Source: Dipteris shenzhenensis (lineage: Eukaryota). Taken from it: a stretch of 64,000 nucleotides of DNA. The notes under the pieces were generated by a model. The model searched no databases. It was not told the DNA's origin and saw nothing but the letters and a program-made list of their open reading frames with translations. Position numbers and translations under genes: made by a program. Location: the NCBI GenBank assembly GCA_047967505.1, contig CM106538.1; one strand, 5' to 3'. Numbering within the stretch: position 1 is the stretch's first letter; every line of letters begins with the position of its first letter. Shown here piece after piece: positions 36,699 to 50,285 of the stretch.

Positions 36699-39600
36699 CT
36701 CCCCCTCGAGCTCAATCCCAATTCCTGCACACCAAGCAGGTCTCTCAACTTGCGCAGCTTCTCTGCGCCCAATGCTTTGGTGAAGATGTCAGCTACCTGA
36801 TCCTCTGTGCTGACATAAACTAGATCAATAAGACCTAGTAAAACCTTCTCCCGCACATAGTGATAATGCACCTCAATGTGCTTTGTTCTAGCATGAAAGA
36901 CTGGGTTCTTTGCCAAGTGTATGCTGCTCATGTTGTCACAATAAATGACAACTGGCCCATCTGTAGACTGATGCATATCATAGAGTAGCTTATGCAACCA
37001 AGCTACCTCACATGCAGCCATTGCTGCACCCCTGTACTCAGCCTCTGTGCTCGACAAAGGCAACTGTAGGCTGTTTCTTGCTGCTCCAAGTGACTGCAGC
37101 ACTCCCAAAAGAGAACACATATCCACTGGTAGATCGTCTATCTGAAATGCTACCAGCCCAATCAGCATCAGTGTATCCATGCAACTGTATCTGAACCCCA
37201 GCCTCATAAAATAGTCCATACTGCAATGTGGACTTCACATACCTGAGTATGCGTCTAGCTGCATCCAAATGCGGTTTCCTTGGAGCTTGCATAAACTGAC
37301 TTACCAACCCAACAGCATAGCTCAAATCTGGCCTGGTAATAGTCATGTAAATTAAACTTCCTACTATGCGTCTGTACATAGTAGGGTCTTCCAGAAGCTC
37401 ACCTGCATCTGTGCTCAGCTTCACATTTTGCTCCAAAGGAACTGAAATAGGCTTACAGCCTGTCATCCCATATTTGGACACCACGTCCAATCCATACTGC
37501 CTCTACAAGAGCTGTATCCCACTTCGTGATCTAATCACCTCAATGCCCAAGAAATAACACAGCTCTCCCAAATCCTTCATCTCAAACTTCTGCCTCAATA
37601 GCATTTTCACATGAAGGATATCTTCATCACTATCACCTGTGATGATCAAATCATCAACATAAATGACCAGCAGCATAATCCCTTTCTCTGTTTTTCTCAC
37701 ATAGAGTGAGGCCATATGTCTGTGCATACCCCTTGACAACTAATCTTGCCTTGTATCTATTCACAGAACCATCTGCATTGTGTTTGATCTTATAAACCCA
37801 CTTACAACCAATTGCATTCTTGCCTTTAGGCAACATGTAGCATTAGCATCCAAGGCATCCATTTCTTCATCCATGGCTTTCTCCCATTTTTCATTTCCCA
37901 TGGCTTGCTCAAAAGAAGTGGGTTCTGGTTCCTGTATCACTTTGACCATATAGGCATAGTGAATGGCTGTAAATCCATCATATTTCAGCCTATCCACAGG
38001 ATACCTAACCCTAGTAGACCTGCGCAAAATAGGCTCACTTCCAGGTGCTCTCAAAACATCCCTGGTCTTCCTTACTCCAGGTGTAACAACAGAAGGAATA
38101 CCCAACTCATCATCAATGCTCTGTTCTGAGCCACTGGATTCACCATCCACACAAGAGTGACCTGCATTCACATCAAACATGGGCTGATCTACCTTCTCTT
38201 TTCCTTTTCGTGATACCTGCGTACCACTCTCTGCATTGCTTTGAGGGGATTCTCCTGATCTCAATTTGCCTGTCCATGGCGAAGTATGTGAACCACTGGT
38301 AGAGGACACTCCAGGTCCACTGATATTTTGTGATTGCTGCTGTGCATTCTGTGCAGCATTACCATTTTGTGCATCTACATCAATCATCACATTTACTGGT
38401 TTATACCAGCTGCTCATCTCATAAAAAACAACATCTCTGCTCACTGTGAACTTATGTGTAGAAGGGTTATAGCATCTATACCCTTTCTGCTGCAGAGAAT
38501 AACCAATAAAGATGCACTTCTCAGCTTTTGGATCCAACTTGGACCTCAACTCATCTGGCACATGGACATAGGCAATGCAACCAAAAATCTTCAAATGAGA
38601 AATATCTGGTTTCCTACCAGTATACATCTCCTCTGGCGTCATGCCATGTATTGTTGCAGTGGGAGTCCTGTTCATTATATAGACTGCTGTAGCAACTGCT
38701 TCAGCCCAATAATAATCTGGTAGATCTTTTTCATTTAGCATAGCCCGAGATACCTCTCCAATATGCCTGTTTTTTCTTTCTGCAATTCCATTTTGCTGTG
38801 GGGTATGACTGCATGAATATTGCTGCTTTATACCATGCTCCTGCAAGAACTCATTTGAGAGGTACTCTCCCCCTCCATCTGACCTTAGGCATTTTATTTG
38901 CAGGCCTGTTTCTTTTTCAACCATAGCTTTGAAAGCTTTGAAGTGCCCAAACACTTCACTTTTCTTTTTCATAAAATACACCCACAGTTTTCTGCTGAAG
39001 TCATCAATAAATGTGACAAAATAGTGACAGCCTCCAATAGATGCAGCTTTTGTAGTCCACACATCAGAGTGGATTAATTCCAATGGCTTTTTACTCTCTT
39101 GAACATGCCTAGGAAAAGGTTTCCTTGCCTGTTTCCCAAATTGACAGGCTTCACAAACCTTGTGCATTTCTGCAACCTTGAATTTAGGCAATCCTGCAAC
39201 AATATTTTGGGCTTGCATTGATTTAAGTCGCTGTATATTAACATGACCAATGCGTTTGTGCCAGATATCAATATCTGCAACTACATCAGTCCCATGTGCA
39301 AACATCGCTGCACTCAATTCAGGCATGTCTGCATCCAACGTAAACATCCTGCCTTTCTTCTTTCCTTTTGCTATCAAGCGACCATTATTTTTCATATCCT
39401 CAACAAAGCATCCATGAGGATTAAATCTGACCTGCAAGCCCTGCTCAACCATTTGACCAACAGAAACCTGGTTCTTGGTGATGTTCGGGACATGAAATAC
39501 ATCAGACAAGTATTTCTTTTTACCATCCTGCATAGACAAAGGAATTTTGCCAATCTGCACAATAGGATGTGCAGTATCATCACCAGTCTCCACAAATCCT

Positions 39601-41200
39601 GGCTTTTCCATTTTCCTTGCATCTTGCATCCATTCTGCATGACCTGTCATGTGGTTTGACGCACCTGAGTCAACATACCACACATCATTTTGTTCTTCTG
39701 CACTTGTCACAGAATTGGTCATATGCTGCACCATAAAAAGATGCTCATTTCTGTCATCACCCTGCCTGCTAGAAGATGCATAATTGCCTTGCTGCAATTT
39801 TCCATTCATAATGTCATTCTACTTTTTGTAGCAGTCCTTAGCCATATGACCCATTTTGCCACAATAGTAGCATTCAACATTGCCGTTTGCATTTTGGCTT
39901 CTCTGCCATCCTCCACGACCTCTTTGGCTCCCCCTGCCTCTAGAGTTACCACGTCCTCCTGCATAGGACTGGTTTTCTTGCGTTTGCTGCATATTCTGAT
40001 TTCTACCACGGCCTGCAGATCGGCTCCTCTACCTCTGCCAGCATTTGAGTAGAAGACAGTTTCTTTTGAAGTTCCTGCTGAAGAAGATGCACCACCATTT
40101 CTCTGCTCTTCAGAAATTAGAAGAGCAATCAGCTCCTCAAAATCAGGAAATTTTTCACGGACGGCAATGGATGTCCGGAACTGTGCATAATCCTTTCCTA
40201 GACCATTCAAGGTCATAGAAACCAAATCATCATCATCCACTGGCGACCCAATGGAAGCAAGTGCATCTGCAATTTTCTTCACTTTCATGTGATAGTCATT
40301 TATGCTCAAATTTTCTCTCTGCACGTTGTGCAACTCCTGTTTGAGTTGCATTTTCCTGGCTTGCGTATTTGTACATTTTTGCCAAAGTATCCCATGCCTC
40401 CTTTGGCGTACTTGCATCCTGAATATGCACAATCATGGAGTCCGAAATACTAATAGACAACCAGTACATAACTTTCCTGGCTCTCTCATGCCATCCTTTG
40501 AATGCCTGCATTTCCTGTTGACTGGGAACATTAGGAAGAACAGGTTCTTCTTCATTTCCTGTAATGAATTCCCAATAGCCTTTTCCCATCAAGAAATTCG
40601 TCATTCTAAACTTCCATGCCTGGAAGTTGTTCTTGTCAAGCTTTTCAGTGACAATCTGTGAAAGAGAATCAGATGCCATTACAGAACACTGCAAAATATT
40701 CTGTCACTGCAAAAAACACAGCTTTTGCCTCACACGGGCAGATCTGCAAAACTGATGAAAGTGGTATTTCACCACACAGTCACTTCCTAGTGACGATTTT
40801 GCATCAACAGGCAGCAGGCATGAATCTACAACTCCCAATATCTCTGCACACAGGCATACGATGCAATTTCTGCGGCACCTTTCCACCGACTAGCCGCGCA
40901 GCAAAGAACAGGGCCTTTTTCTGAGTGCCTGCGAAGAACTTCCGCCTTCAAAACGGGCCCCGAAACGGCCTCAAATCAGAAAAATAAAGTCACTAAGGGC
41001 TTCGCCTACTCCCGCAGCATATACTGCACTCTCGCCACACTACGAAGGGCGTCTCAATTTGAGACAGTGCACTCTTGCACTTCTGGCTGTGCTACCTGCA
41101 GAGATTTGCTCCCAAACTCAAAATAGGAAAGCAACACTGGTCCTCTTACTAGGACACCACGAACTTGGCTTGCTTTCTTGAGCTCCTTACCACGAACAAG

Positions 41201-41212
41201 GCTCTGATACCA
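41201..41212 (-). promoter_or_regulatory. Primer-binding site (initiator Met tRNA) of Copia B2
   Basis: TGGTATCAGAGC on the minus strand, directly after the 5' LTR. Confidence 0.9.
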
Positions 41213-41565
41213 TGTGAAGATTGTGGGAGAGAGGGAAGGAGTCTCACTTGCGGCTTTCTCACATGCACAATGGGGGAATACACACAAAGGTGGAGGCTGA
41301 AAACAGTTTTCCTCTTCTTAGTTGTGAAAGCCAAAAGAACTCTAGTACAAAGAAAATAGAAGAACCCTATATGTGGGTCTCAAACCAAACTAAACTAACT
41401 AAGGTGGCATACTAATTGAGCCACGAACTAGTGTAGATAAGGATAGCTGTCATCCAGCTATTATTCGTGGGCGGTGTACCAACCGCATCTCCAGCTAACA
41501 AGTCGGTGACATAAGTACACAACGGTCACCCTGGCATATCGCGAGTGGAGCTCGATATCTCAACA
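41213..41565 (-). repeat. 5' LTR of Copia B2
   Basis: Near-identical to 36346-36698. Confidence 0.95.
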
Positions 41566-44500
41566 CTTAACTGATGTGATGAAGTGTCTGAATGGTACCT
41601 AGACCTTCTAGTGGAAGAGCGCGCCACATGGGACCTACTTTAAACAAAATTCAAATGACGCTTTCAAATGGAGAGGCTACAAGATGATCCTGCTCTCCAA
41701 CTAAGCAAGATCAAATAAGGCCGCCGAGAAGATGTACACACGTTTTTGGGTAAGATGAAAAGATTAATTGCCAAATGTGACCCATGCCCAGATGGAAAGT
41801 ACCTCACGGCATGGTTCATTATAGGATTAAGAAAGAAAATCTGAAAGGATATGAAAAAGATAAGTAGCTATGAAACATTCAGTGCTGCTCATGCGACAGC
41901 CATTGACGTCAAGGATGGCATGACCTACTCAGACACTAGCAGTGATGACAAAAAATCTAGTACAAGTGATAAGTGCTCGAAAAAGGGCAAATCAAAGGCC
42001 ACTACCAAAAACATCAAATGAAGATCACCGAGAGGCCATGATCGTGCAGCTGAGAGAAGACATGATGCAAGCCATGGAACAAAAACTTCAATTATCTCAG
42101 CCACAAACTTAGACATATCCACGGCAAGAAAATGTCTGGTGTCCACATTGCATGGCCAATCATATAGCAAATGAGTGCCCGGTCCTAAGAGCCAGGATCA
42201 ATGCACAAGCAAATCCACCACCAAGGTTGTGGTGCCATATCTGCGTCATTGGCGGCCATGATGAGAATAATTGCATCTTTAACATGTGCAACAACCTGCC
42301 TCAACCTCAACAATACCAAGCGACACCCATGCCAGTATATGGGCAACCGGCACTTGCACAAGCGCCCCTAGCCCCGAGGCTAAATCATGTTCCCATTCAG
42401 ACACAAGTCCCATAACTACTCAGGAATCCAAATCCACGACCATATCTAAGAGCACCAAATCCAGCTCCTCAGGCAGTTCCAATACATCAATTACAAGTCG
42501 AGGAAGTAGACTCGCCATTTGAGTATGAAGCAAAGTACCCAATGTACTATGTAGAAGGTGTAGAGGGTCTGATACCAGTTTATGTAAATCGAGTACATCC
42601 CAACACATATCGTGCACCAATCAAGTGCTACGGTTGTGGAGAAAATCATCGATCGTAGAGTGCCCCCATCATGGTAGCCCAGCTACTTTCCAACCACTCT
42701 ACAGAGATTGTGGCATAGGACATGCTTGTATGGATTGTCCCATGAAAAATAAGGTCCCAGAACAAATAGAGGTTAAGCTTGACATCCCCATCAGCATCAT
42801 TGGGGTGGACCATCAAAGTTTGGGTTCGCCAAGTGTAAAATCACAACCTATAAGTGTAATTACATGCCAATAGAAAGAGGCCACCAAGGACCCTAACATT
42901 CCAATCCAATCAAAGAGACTTCTAAAAAAGAAAGCACAAGTGCCTCCACCTCCATAAGCAATGAACAGCCGAGCTCATCCACATCAACTCTCGAGCCTCA
43001 AATAAAAGAAGCTCCATACCCAAATGCAAAGGTGGAGAAGGCTCATTTTCAAGCACTTCAACAACGGGTACAAAACGAACAAGCTCAATTTGAGGCTGAG
43101 AAATAAGCTCAAGACCTAATCCATGACTTGGCTCCACAAAGTATTGATACTGTACTCGAGCCTCTGTTCCAACAACAAACTCCACAACATAATGTACCGC
43201 CACACCAACTTGAAGGAGCCGCACTCTCTAGCATCTTGAGTTGCCCTGTGTCAATTCCTATCGGAATCCTCCTACAGAATTGTCCCAATCTCTGGGAGAG
43301 TTTCAAAGGATGTATTGAACTCACAAATCCCCCTCCACCTATGAACGACATCGAAGATATCCCTGTGGGGATGGGTGAGAGAGATGACATACACAACATT
43401 ACTGTGCCTTTGATCCACAAGGCATATAATGAAATCCAAGCCATAGTGGATGGTGGAATAGGAGTAAATGTCCTATCAAAGGAGCTCTACAAAGAATGGG
43501 GTCTCCCACCAATGCAAAAGGCTAATTTCAACATATGCCTTACTGATGATTCAGGAGCTAAACCCTTGGGAATAGTGAATGACATGTCCACAAAGATTGC
43601 AAGAGTCCGCTTTTCCCTTCAATTCACAATCTTTGATCTCCCCTAAAAATTCTATCAAATCTTACTGGGACATCCTTGGTTATAGGAAGCATCAGTCCCT
43701 CATGACTGGGGAACTGATAGACTGACAATCCAGAATCGCAACATCGTAGTCTGGGTGAATGTGGGGATAGGAGCTATTAAACCAATTGTGCCTAGAGCAT
43801 TGGATGACACATCTTCAACAACAATCTCAAGCAAATCAGCTCCCTTGCAACAGCATGCCATAGCAGGTGACTCACAAAGCAATGTCAATAATTGGATACA
43901 AACATTGGCAACCATCGACAACTGCCCTTCATTAGACCCCATCTTCTCATAGATAGATGCTAAGGCACTACAGGTAGATCTTCCACTCACACATGAAGAA
44001 CCAATCGATCTAGAGATGCCATTCTTTATGGCTGACCTTGAGTGGGATAATGAACCTGAAGAAGGTACCCATACCAATGATGACTCAGATTTTCCTTAGG
44101 ACCTTGAAACAGAGGCTAAGAATGCCAAAATTGAAGGTCAAATCTTTGATAATAACTTAGCCATTCTGCATGCCCTAATGGCAGTTGAGCTCCAAAAGTT
44201 GAACCTCCAAAGTTGAATAACAGCAGAAGATCCTGCAAGAAAGCTGGAGGAGGAAATCGTAGAAAAGCCAAGGCCGAGCACGTCAATGAATTCGAAAAAG
44301 TCCAATCAAGGATCGTCGAATTGTACCTTGCAAAGATAGCTCCCTCAAAATCAAAACCATCGCCTCTTGAATGGTCCCTTGAGGGACTAGAAGGAGTATG
44401 CGCAGCAAATGAACCCTTACTTGGAAACACCTTACTAGTGGAAAAGTTACCCCACACTTCCCAACGTAAGAAGTTTTGGAAATATAAGCCACATGTACAG

Positions 44501-47500
44501 ATGAAGCTCGATCAAGAGACTTCAGAAAAAGATAGTCACAAAGAGCCTAACAAATTAGTAAATGCAACTATGCCACCTAGGACACATGACACATGTCAGG
44601 CTAGTTCAACAGCATCAAAGGCCAATCTTCGAGAAGTGCCGAAATACTTCAAAAATTACACAAGTGGCAGTGCGCCAATAGCAATGCCAAGACCACTAAG
44701 GGAATCTGAATTCTAAGAAACCAATAGCATTGGAGAAACTCCAATCTATGAGGGACGGGCAAAAACATGCACAATAAACCTCACCCTTGAAGGGGAAGAA
44801 GAAAAACTGGTTTTCATTGGGAAACATCTTCGTCAAGAAGATGAAACCAAACTCAAAGCACTCCTAATGGAATACCATGACTGCCTAGCATGGTCATACA
44901 AAGAGATGAATGGAATTTCACTAGAAGTGGCAATACACACGATACCTATAAGGGAAGGTGCTTACCCTAAGGTATGTGGACCTTATCGCACAAATCCTAA
45001 ATATGGCACCATGGTTTATGACGAGCTGGAAAAACTCCTAGATGCTGTATTCATCTACGAGATAGAGCACACTAATTCGCCACAATTAGGGATCACTATC
45101 CCCTACCCTTAATAGAAACAGTGCTGGAAAAGGTGGCAGGTTCAGAAATATATAGCTTTTTAGATGGCTTTAGTGGCTATAACCAAGTGCAAATTGCTCC
45201 TAAAGACCAATCAAAAACAGCATTTGCTATAGAATGGGGTATCTTTGCATATAGAGTCATGCCATTTGGCCTTTGTAATGCCCCAGCCACATTCCAGCGA
45301 GTCATGTTCACAGCTTTCAAGTCATTTCTGAATAAGTTTTTACAGATGTTTTTGGATGATTTGTGCATCCATTCCAACAAACAAGACCACTTCAAATGTC
45401 TTGAAGCAATACTAATCAAATGCAGGGAGTATGGCATCTCCCTAAATCCAACAAAATGCCAGTTCATGGTCACCCATGGAGTTGTTTTGGGACACATCGT
45501 CTCTCAACATGGGATTGCAACTGACATGGACAAAATCAAAATCATCATGGAATTGCCTCCTCCTACAAATTCCAAAGGTGTACAGGTCTTTATGGGACAT
45601 GCTGGCTATTATAGAAGATTTATATTGTGGTATGCCATGATAGCTAGGCCACTTTACAAATTATTAGTGGATGCTTATGGATCGAAGAGTGCAACCAAGC
45701 TTTTGAGCTTTTAAAGTGGTGCCTAATCACAACACCCATCCTTATATCTCCCAATTGGGATATCGATTTTCATGTTCATACTGATGGATCCAAGTATGCA
45801 ATTGGGAGCGTGCTTTGTCAATTTGGTGAACATAAGAAAGAATATCCATTCTACTTCGCCAGTCGACAACTCAATGATGGAGAGATCAACTATACCACCA
45901 CAGAAAGAGAAGCCCTAGCAATGGTGTATAGTGTAAAGAAATTTGGGCACTATCTACTGGCAAATGATTTTGTCTTCTACACCGACCATCAAGCATTGCT
46001 TTATCTTGTGAACCATTTGTGTACAATAGGAAGAATAACCAGATGGCTCCTCTTGCTTCAAGAATTCAACTTCAAAATAGTGGTCCACAAAGGTGCCCAA
46101 CACTACATTGCCAACCACATGTCTCAAGTCAAGTCAAGCCACTCGAGTTGTGAAGACGACTTACTAGATGCCACACTATTTCAAATAGATGCTGTTCCAG
46201 AGTGGTGTGGAGATATCATTGGGTACTTGATGGCAGGGAGGCCACCCCATGAAATGAAAGTAGTAGATGCTAGAAAATTGATTCTAAAGGTTGCACCCTA
46301 TCAACTCATTGCAGGCCAATTGTATAAGCTGGGCAAGGACCAAATATTAAGAAGATGTGTAATGCCTCATGAGATCATGCCAATCCTGAGTGAAGTCCAT
46401 GAAGGCATCGCAGGAGGACACTTCCAAGGGGAAGCCACAGCAAGAAAAGTCTCCTGGCAGGCTACTGGTGACCAACACTGTGGGAAGATGCCTATGAATA
46501 TGTAAAAGGCTGTGATGTATGCCAACAAACTACTAAACCACAACACAAAGACTTCAATCCCCTAACAATAGTTGTTGCACAAAAACCATTTGAGAAATGG
46601 GGGATTGACTATGTGGGTCCCATCCAGCAGCAAAAGGAACACAGGCATGCTACATCATTGTGGCCACTGATTACTTTACAAAATGGGCTGAAGCTAAAGC
46701 AGTTAGAAAGGCAGATTCCAGAAGGACATGAAGATTCTTATACCAAAATGTGATCACCCGATTCGGATGCCCCATTGAAATTGTGTCGGATAGAGGCACA
46801 CATTTTGTCAATGATGTAATCCAAGAACTCTTGTCTGGCTTCATGGTAATCCATAGAAAAAGCACATCCTACTAGCCCTAAGGGAATGGATAGGCTGAAT
46901 CCACCAACAAAATAATATCCATTATCCTCACCAAGGTAGTAGAACCACAGTGTTCTGATTGGGTAGAGAAACTGAATGCAGCCTTATGGGCATACAGAAC
47001 CACATTCAAGGTTAGTACAAGGAAAACACCTTTTTAATTGGTGTACAGCCTTGAAGCTATGGTCCCACTCGAGTTTAATACCAAGTCTATGCATAGCAGT
47101 ACAGGAACACATGGGCAACCATGAATCCTTAAAAGAAAGACTCTATCAGTTGGAGAAGCATACAGAGACAAGACTAGTCGCCTACCATGCCATGACAATA
47201 GAAAAACGTAGAAGAAAAGCATGGTTTGATAGAAATCTGAAAGCTAAAGACATCAAGGAAGGCGACTTAGTCCTATTATACAATGCCAAAGTACACAAGG
47301 GAAAATTGAAGTATCTAGGTCAAGGACCCTACCACGTACGAAAGATAAATCCCATCGGCGCTGTGCTGCTAGAAACATTGGACGGAGTCCAATTCAACAC
47401 AACAATAAACGGGAGCCGATTGAAGCGCTACTACATCAACACGCAAGCCATCCCTGACAAAAATGAAGATTTGGGAAACCAAGTCTTCCTTAGTTAGGAT

Positions 47501-48186
47501 TAGATTGTATCATGAGCACTCACTTGCATATGGATGTCTTCGCACATATAGGTAGCATCATCAATTTTAACCTAGGGCTCAGAAGTGATGCCTGAGTTCT
47601 AGCTGCCCTATGAAAATCCTAGCAATTAAAAAAGCATATAGTTAATCCATACCTAGCTACTAGGTCATGTGCACTCACATGCTTTCACTTAGACACAAAG
47701 ATGATTGCATGAATAATTGTACCACACTTCCATTCCACACTCTCCAAGCATGTTTATAAAAAAAAAGATCTCTCACACACACATAGAAAGGTCATACCGG
47801 CATGCCAACCAATCTAATGATCAATGGTACACCACATGCACATGGATGCAGGTACATAAAGATGCTGCCACTAAAGAGGATGCACAGAAAGAGCCCATTG
47901 CCTCAACCACGAGACCCCCTCCAGAGGTCGTAGCCATCTACATCCTCTCAACCACAACGACCATAGCCATTCGTGGTCTAGAGCGATAGCTTCGAAGAGG
48001 ATTCAGTTCATGACCAAGAAGAACAAATGCCACCCCAATCACTAACGACCTACACAACCATTGAAGGGGCACAATCACTGGAACTTGTTTGTCCACCCAC
48101 ATCGACTTATGCTCTTTCCTAGGAAGCAACATCTTAATTAAAGCAAAGGGGTCTAGGTAGTTTGCATGAGAGCCTCAAATCCTTGG

Positions 48187-50285
48187 GACCTGCCAGATTA
48201 TTATTGGGCTAAAGCAGTTGCTACACCAACTCATCCTTCTATTGTTACACCTGGAGTAAGGAAGATAAGGGATGTTTTGAGAGCACTTGGTAGTGAGCCT
48301 ATTTTGTGCAGGTCTACTAGAGCTAGGTATCCTATGGATAGGCTGAAATATGATGGATTTATAGCCATTCACTATGCCTATATGGTCAAAGTGATACATG
48401 AACCAAAACCCACTTCTTTTGAGCAAGCCATGGGAAAAGAAAAATGGGAGAAAGCCATGGATGCCTTGGAAACAAATGCTACATGGGAATTGGTGCCTTT
48501 GCCTAAAGACAAGAATGCAATTGGGTTTATAAGGTGAAGCAGAATGCAAATGGTTATGTGAATAGATACAAGGCAAGATGAGTTGTCAAGGGGTATGCTC
48601 AGACATATGGCATTGATTATGAAGAAACATTCAGTCCCGTTGCAAGGATGGCAATTGTAAGAGCGGTCATTGCTATGGTTGCATCAAAGGGATGGTCTTT
48701 ACATCAGATGGATGTAAAGAATGCTTTCTTGCATGGTGATTTGCAAGAAGGGGTCTATATGGAGTAGCCACCAGGTTATGTTCATGCTATTCATCCTAAA
48801 TTTGTTTGCAAGTTGAAGAAAGCCTTGTATGGTTTGAAGCAAGCACCTAGAGCATGGTCTGACAAGATAGGACAGTATCTTGTTACTATTAGCTTTCAGA
48901 TTTCCAAGGCAGATTTCTCACTTTATGTGAGAAAAATAGAGAAATGCATTATGCTGCTTGTCATTTATGTTGATGATTTGATCATCACAGATGATAGTGA
49001 TGAAGATATCCTTCATGTGAAAATGCTATTGAAGCAGATTGAGATAAAGGATTTGGGAGAGCTACGTTACTTCTTGGGCATTGAGGTGATTAGATCCACA
49101 AGTGGGATATGGCTCTTACAGAGGCAGTATGGATTAGACATGCTGTCCAAAGATGGGATGATAGGTTGTAAGCCTATTTCAGTTCCTTTGGAGCATAATG
49201 TGAAGCTGAGCGTAGATGCAGGTGAGCTTCTGGAAGACCCTACTATGTACATACGCATCATAGGAAGTTTGATTTATATGATTATTACCATGCCATATTT
49301 GAGCTATGCTATTGGGTTGGTAAGTCAGTTTATGTAGGCTCCAAGGAAATCGCATTTGGATGTGGCTAGATGCATACTGAGGTATGTGAAGTCCACATTG
49401 TAGTATGGACTATTTTATGAGACTAGGGTTCAGATACAGTTGCATGGATACACTGATGCTGATTGGGCTGGTAGTATTTCTGATAGACGATCTACCAGTG
49501 GATATGTTTTCTCTTTTGGGAGTGGTACAGTTACTTGGAGTAGCAAGAAATAGCCTACAGTTGCCTTGTCAAGCACAGAGGCTGAGTATAGGGGTGCAGT
49601 AATGGCTGCATGTGAGGTAGCTTGGTTGCATAAGCTACTTTATGATATGCATCAGTCTACAGATGGGCCAGTTGTCATTTATTGTGACAACATGAGTTAT
49701 ATACACTTGGCAAATAACCCAGTCTATCATGCTAGAACAAAGCACATTGAGGTGCATTATCACTATGTGCAGGAGAAGGTTGTAGTAGGTTTTATTGATC
49801 TAGTTTATGTCAGCACAAAGGATCAGGTAGCTGACATATTCACGAAGGCATTGGGCACAAAGAAGTTGTGCACATTCAGAGACCTGCTTGGTGTGCAAGA
49901 ATTAGGATTTAGCTCGAGGGATAGTGTTGAGATATCGAGCTCCACTCGTGATATGCCAGGGTGACCATTGTCCATTTATGTCACCGACTTGTTAGCTGCA
50001 GATGCGATTGGTACACCGCCCATGAATAATAGTTGGATGATAGCTATCTTTATGTACTCTAGATAGTGGCTCAGTTAATATGCCACCTAGGTTAGTTGAG
50101 TTTGGTTTGAGACCCACATATAGGGTTCATCTATTCCTTTTGTACTAAAAAGAGAGAGTTCTTTTGGCTTTTACAACTAAGAAGAGGAAAACTGTTTTCA
50201 GCCTCCACCTTTGTGTATATTCCCCCATTGTGTATGTGAGAAAGCTACAAGTGAGACTCCTTCCTTCTCTCCCACTCTCTTTACA
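48187..50285 (+). mobile_element. Ty1/Copia family B, copy B3: deleted INT piece, RT, RNase H and 3' LTR (49925-50285)
   Basis: DLPDYYWAKAVAT is fused directly to the INT-RT linker. Also [18 protein letters not shown] and ADIFTKAL. The LTR is the reverse complement of the B1/B2 LTRs. Confidence 0.9.

Larger units (their letters stand above)
36346..41565 (-). mobile_element. Ty1/Copia family B, copy B2: both LTRs intact, RT core deleted
   Basis: TSD CTTAA (36341-36345 and 41566-41570). LTRs are 353 bp with 4 differences by eye. PBS at 41201-41212, PPT at 36699-36706. gag from ~40680, PR-INT ORF 37761-39809, RNase H ending at 36659. About 305 bp of RT is deleted at 37710/37711. Confidence 0.96.
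36108..47497 (+). mobile_element. Decayed Ty3/Gypsy (Athila/Tat-like) gag-pol, interrupted in gag by Copia B2
   Basis: gag from 36108 (LPKYNGRGDP...WFPMTL) resumes at 41571. Zn-knuckle remnants ~42130-42740. PR AIVDGGIGVNVL ~43440. RT 44867-45714 (YSFLDGFSGYNQV, MPFGLCNAPATFQR, FLDDL). RNase H (NYTTTEREAL, TDHQAL). Integrase ends with INGSRLKRY. LTRs were not identified. Confidence 0.92.

Noticed and set aside
16963-39809. Long PR-INT ORFs (598, 434 and 682 aa) as functional or domesticated genes
   Set aside because: They are pieces of Copia polyproteins bounded by premature stops or frameshifts inside recognisable elements.
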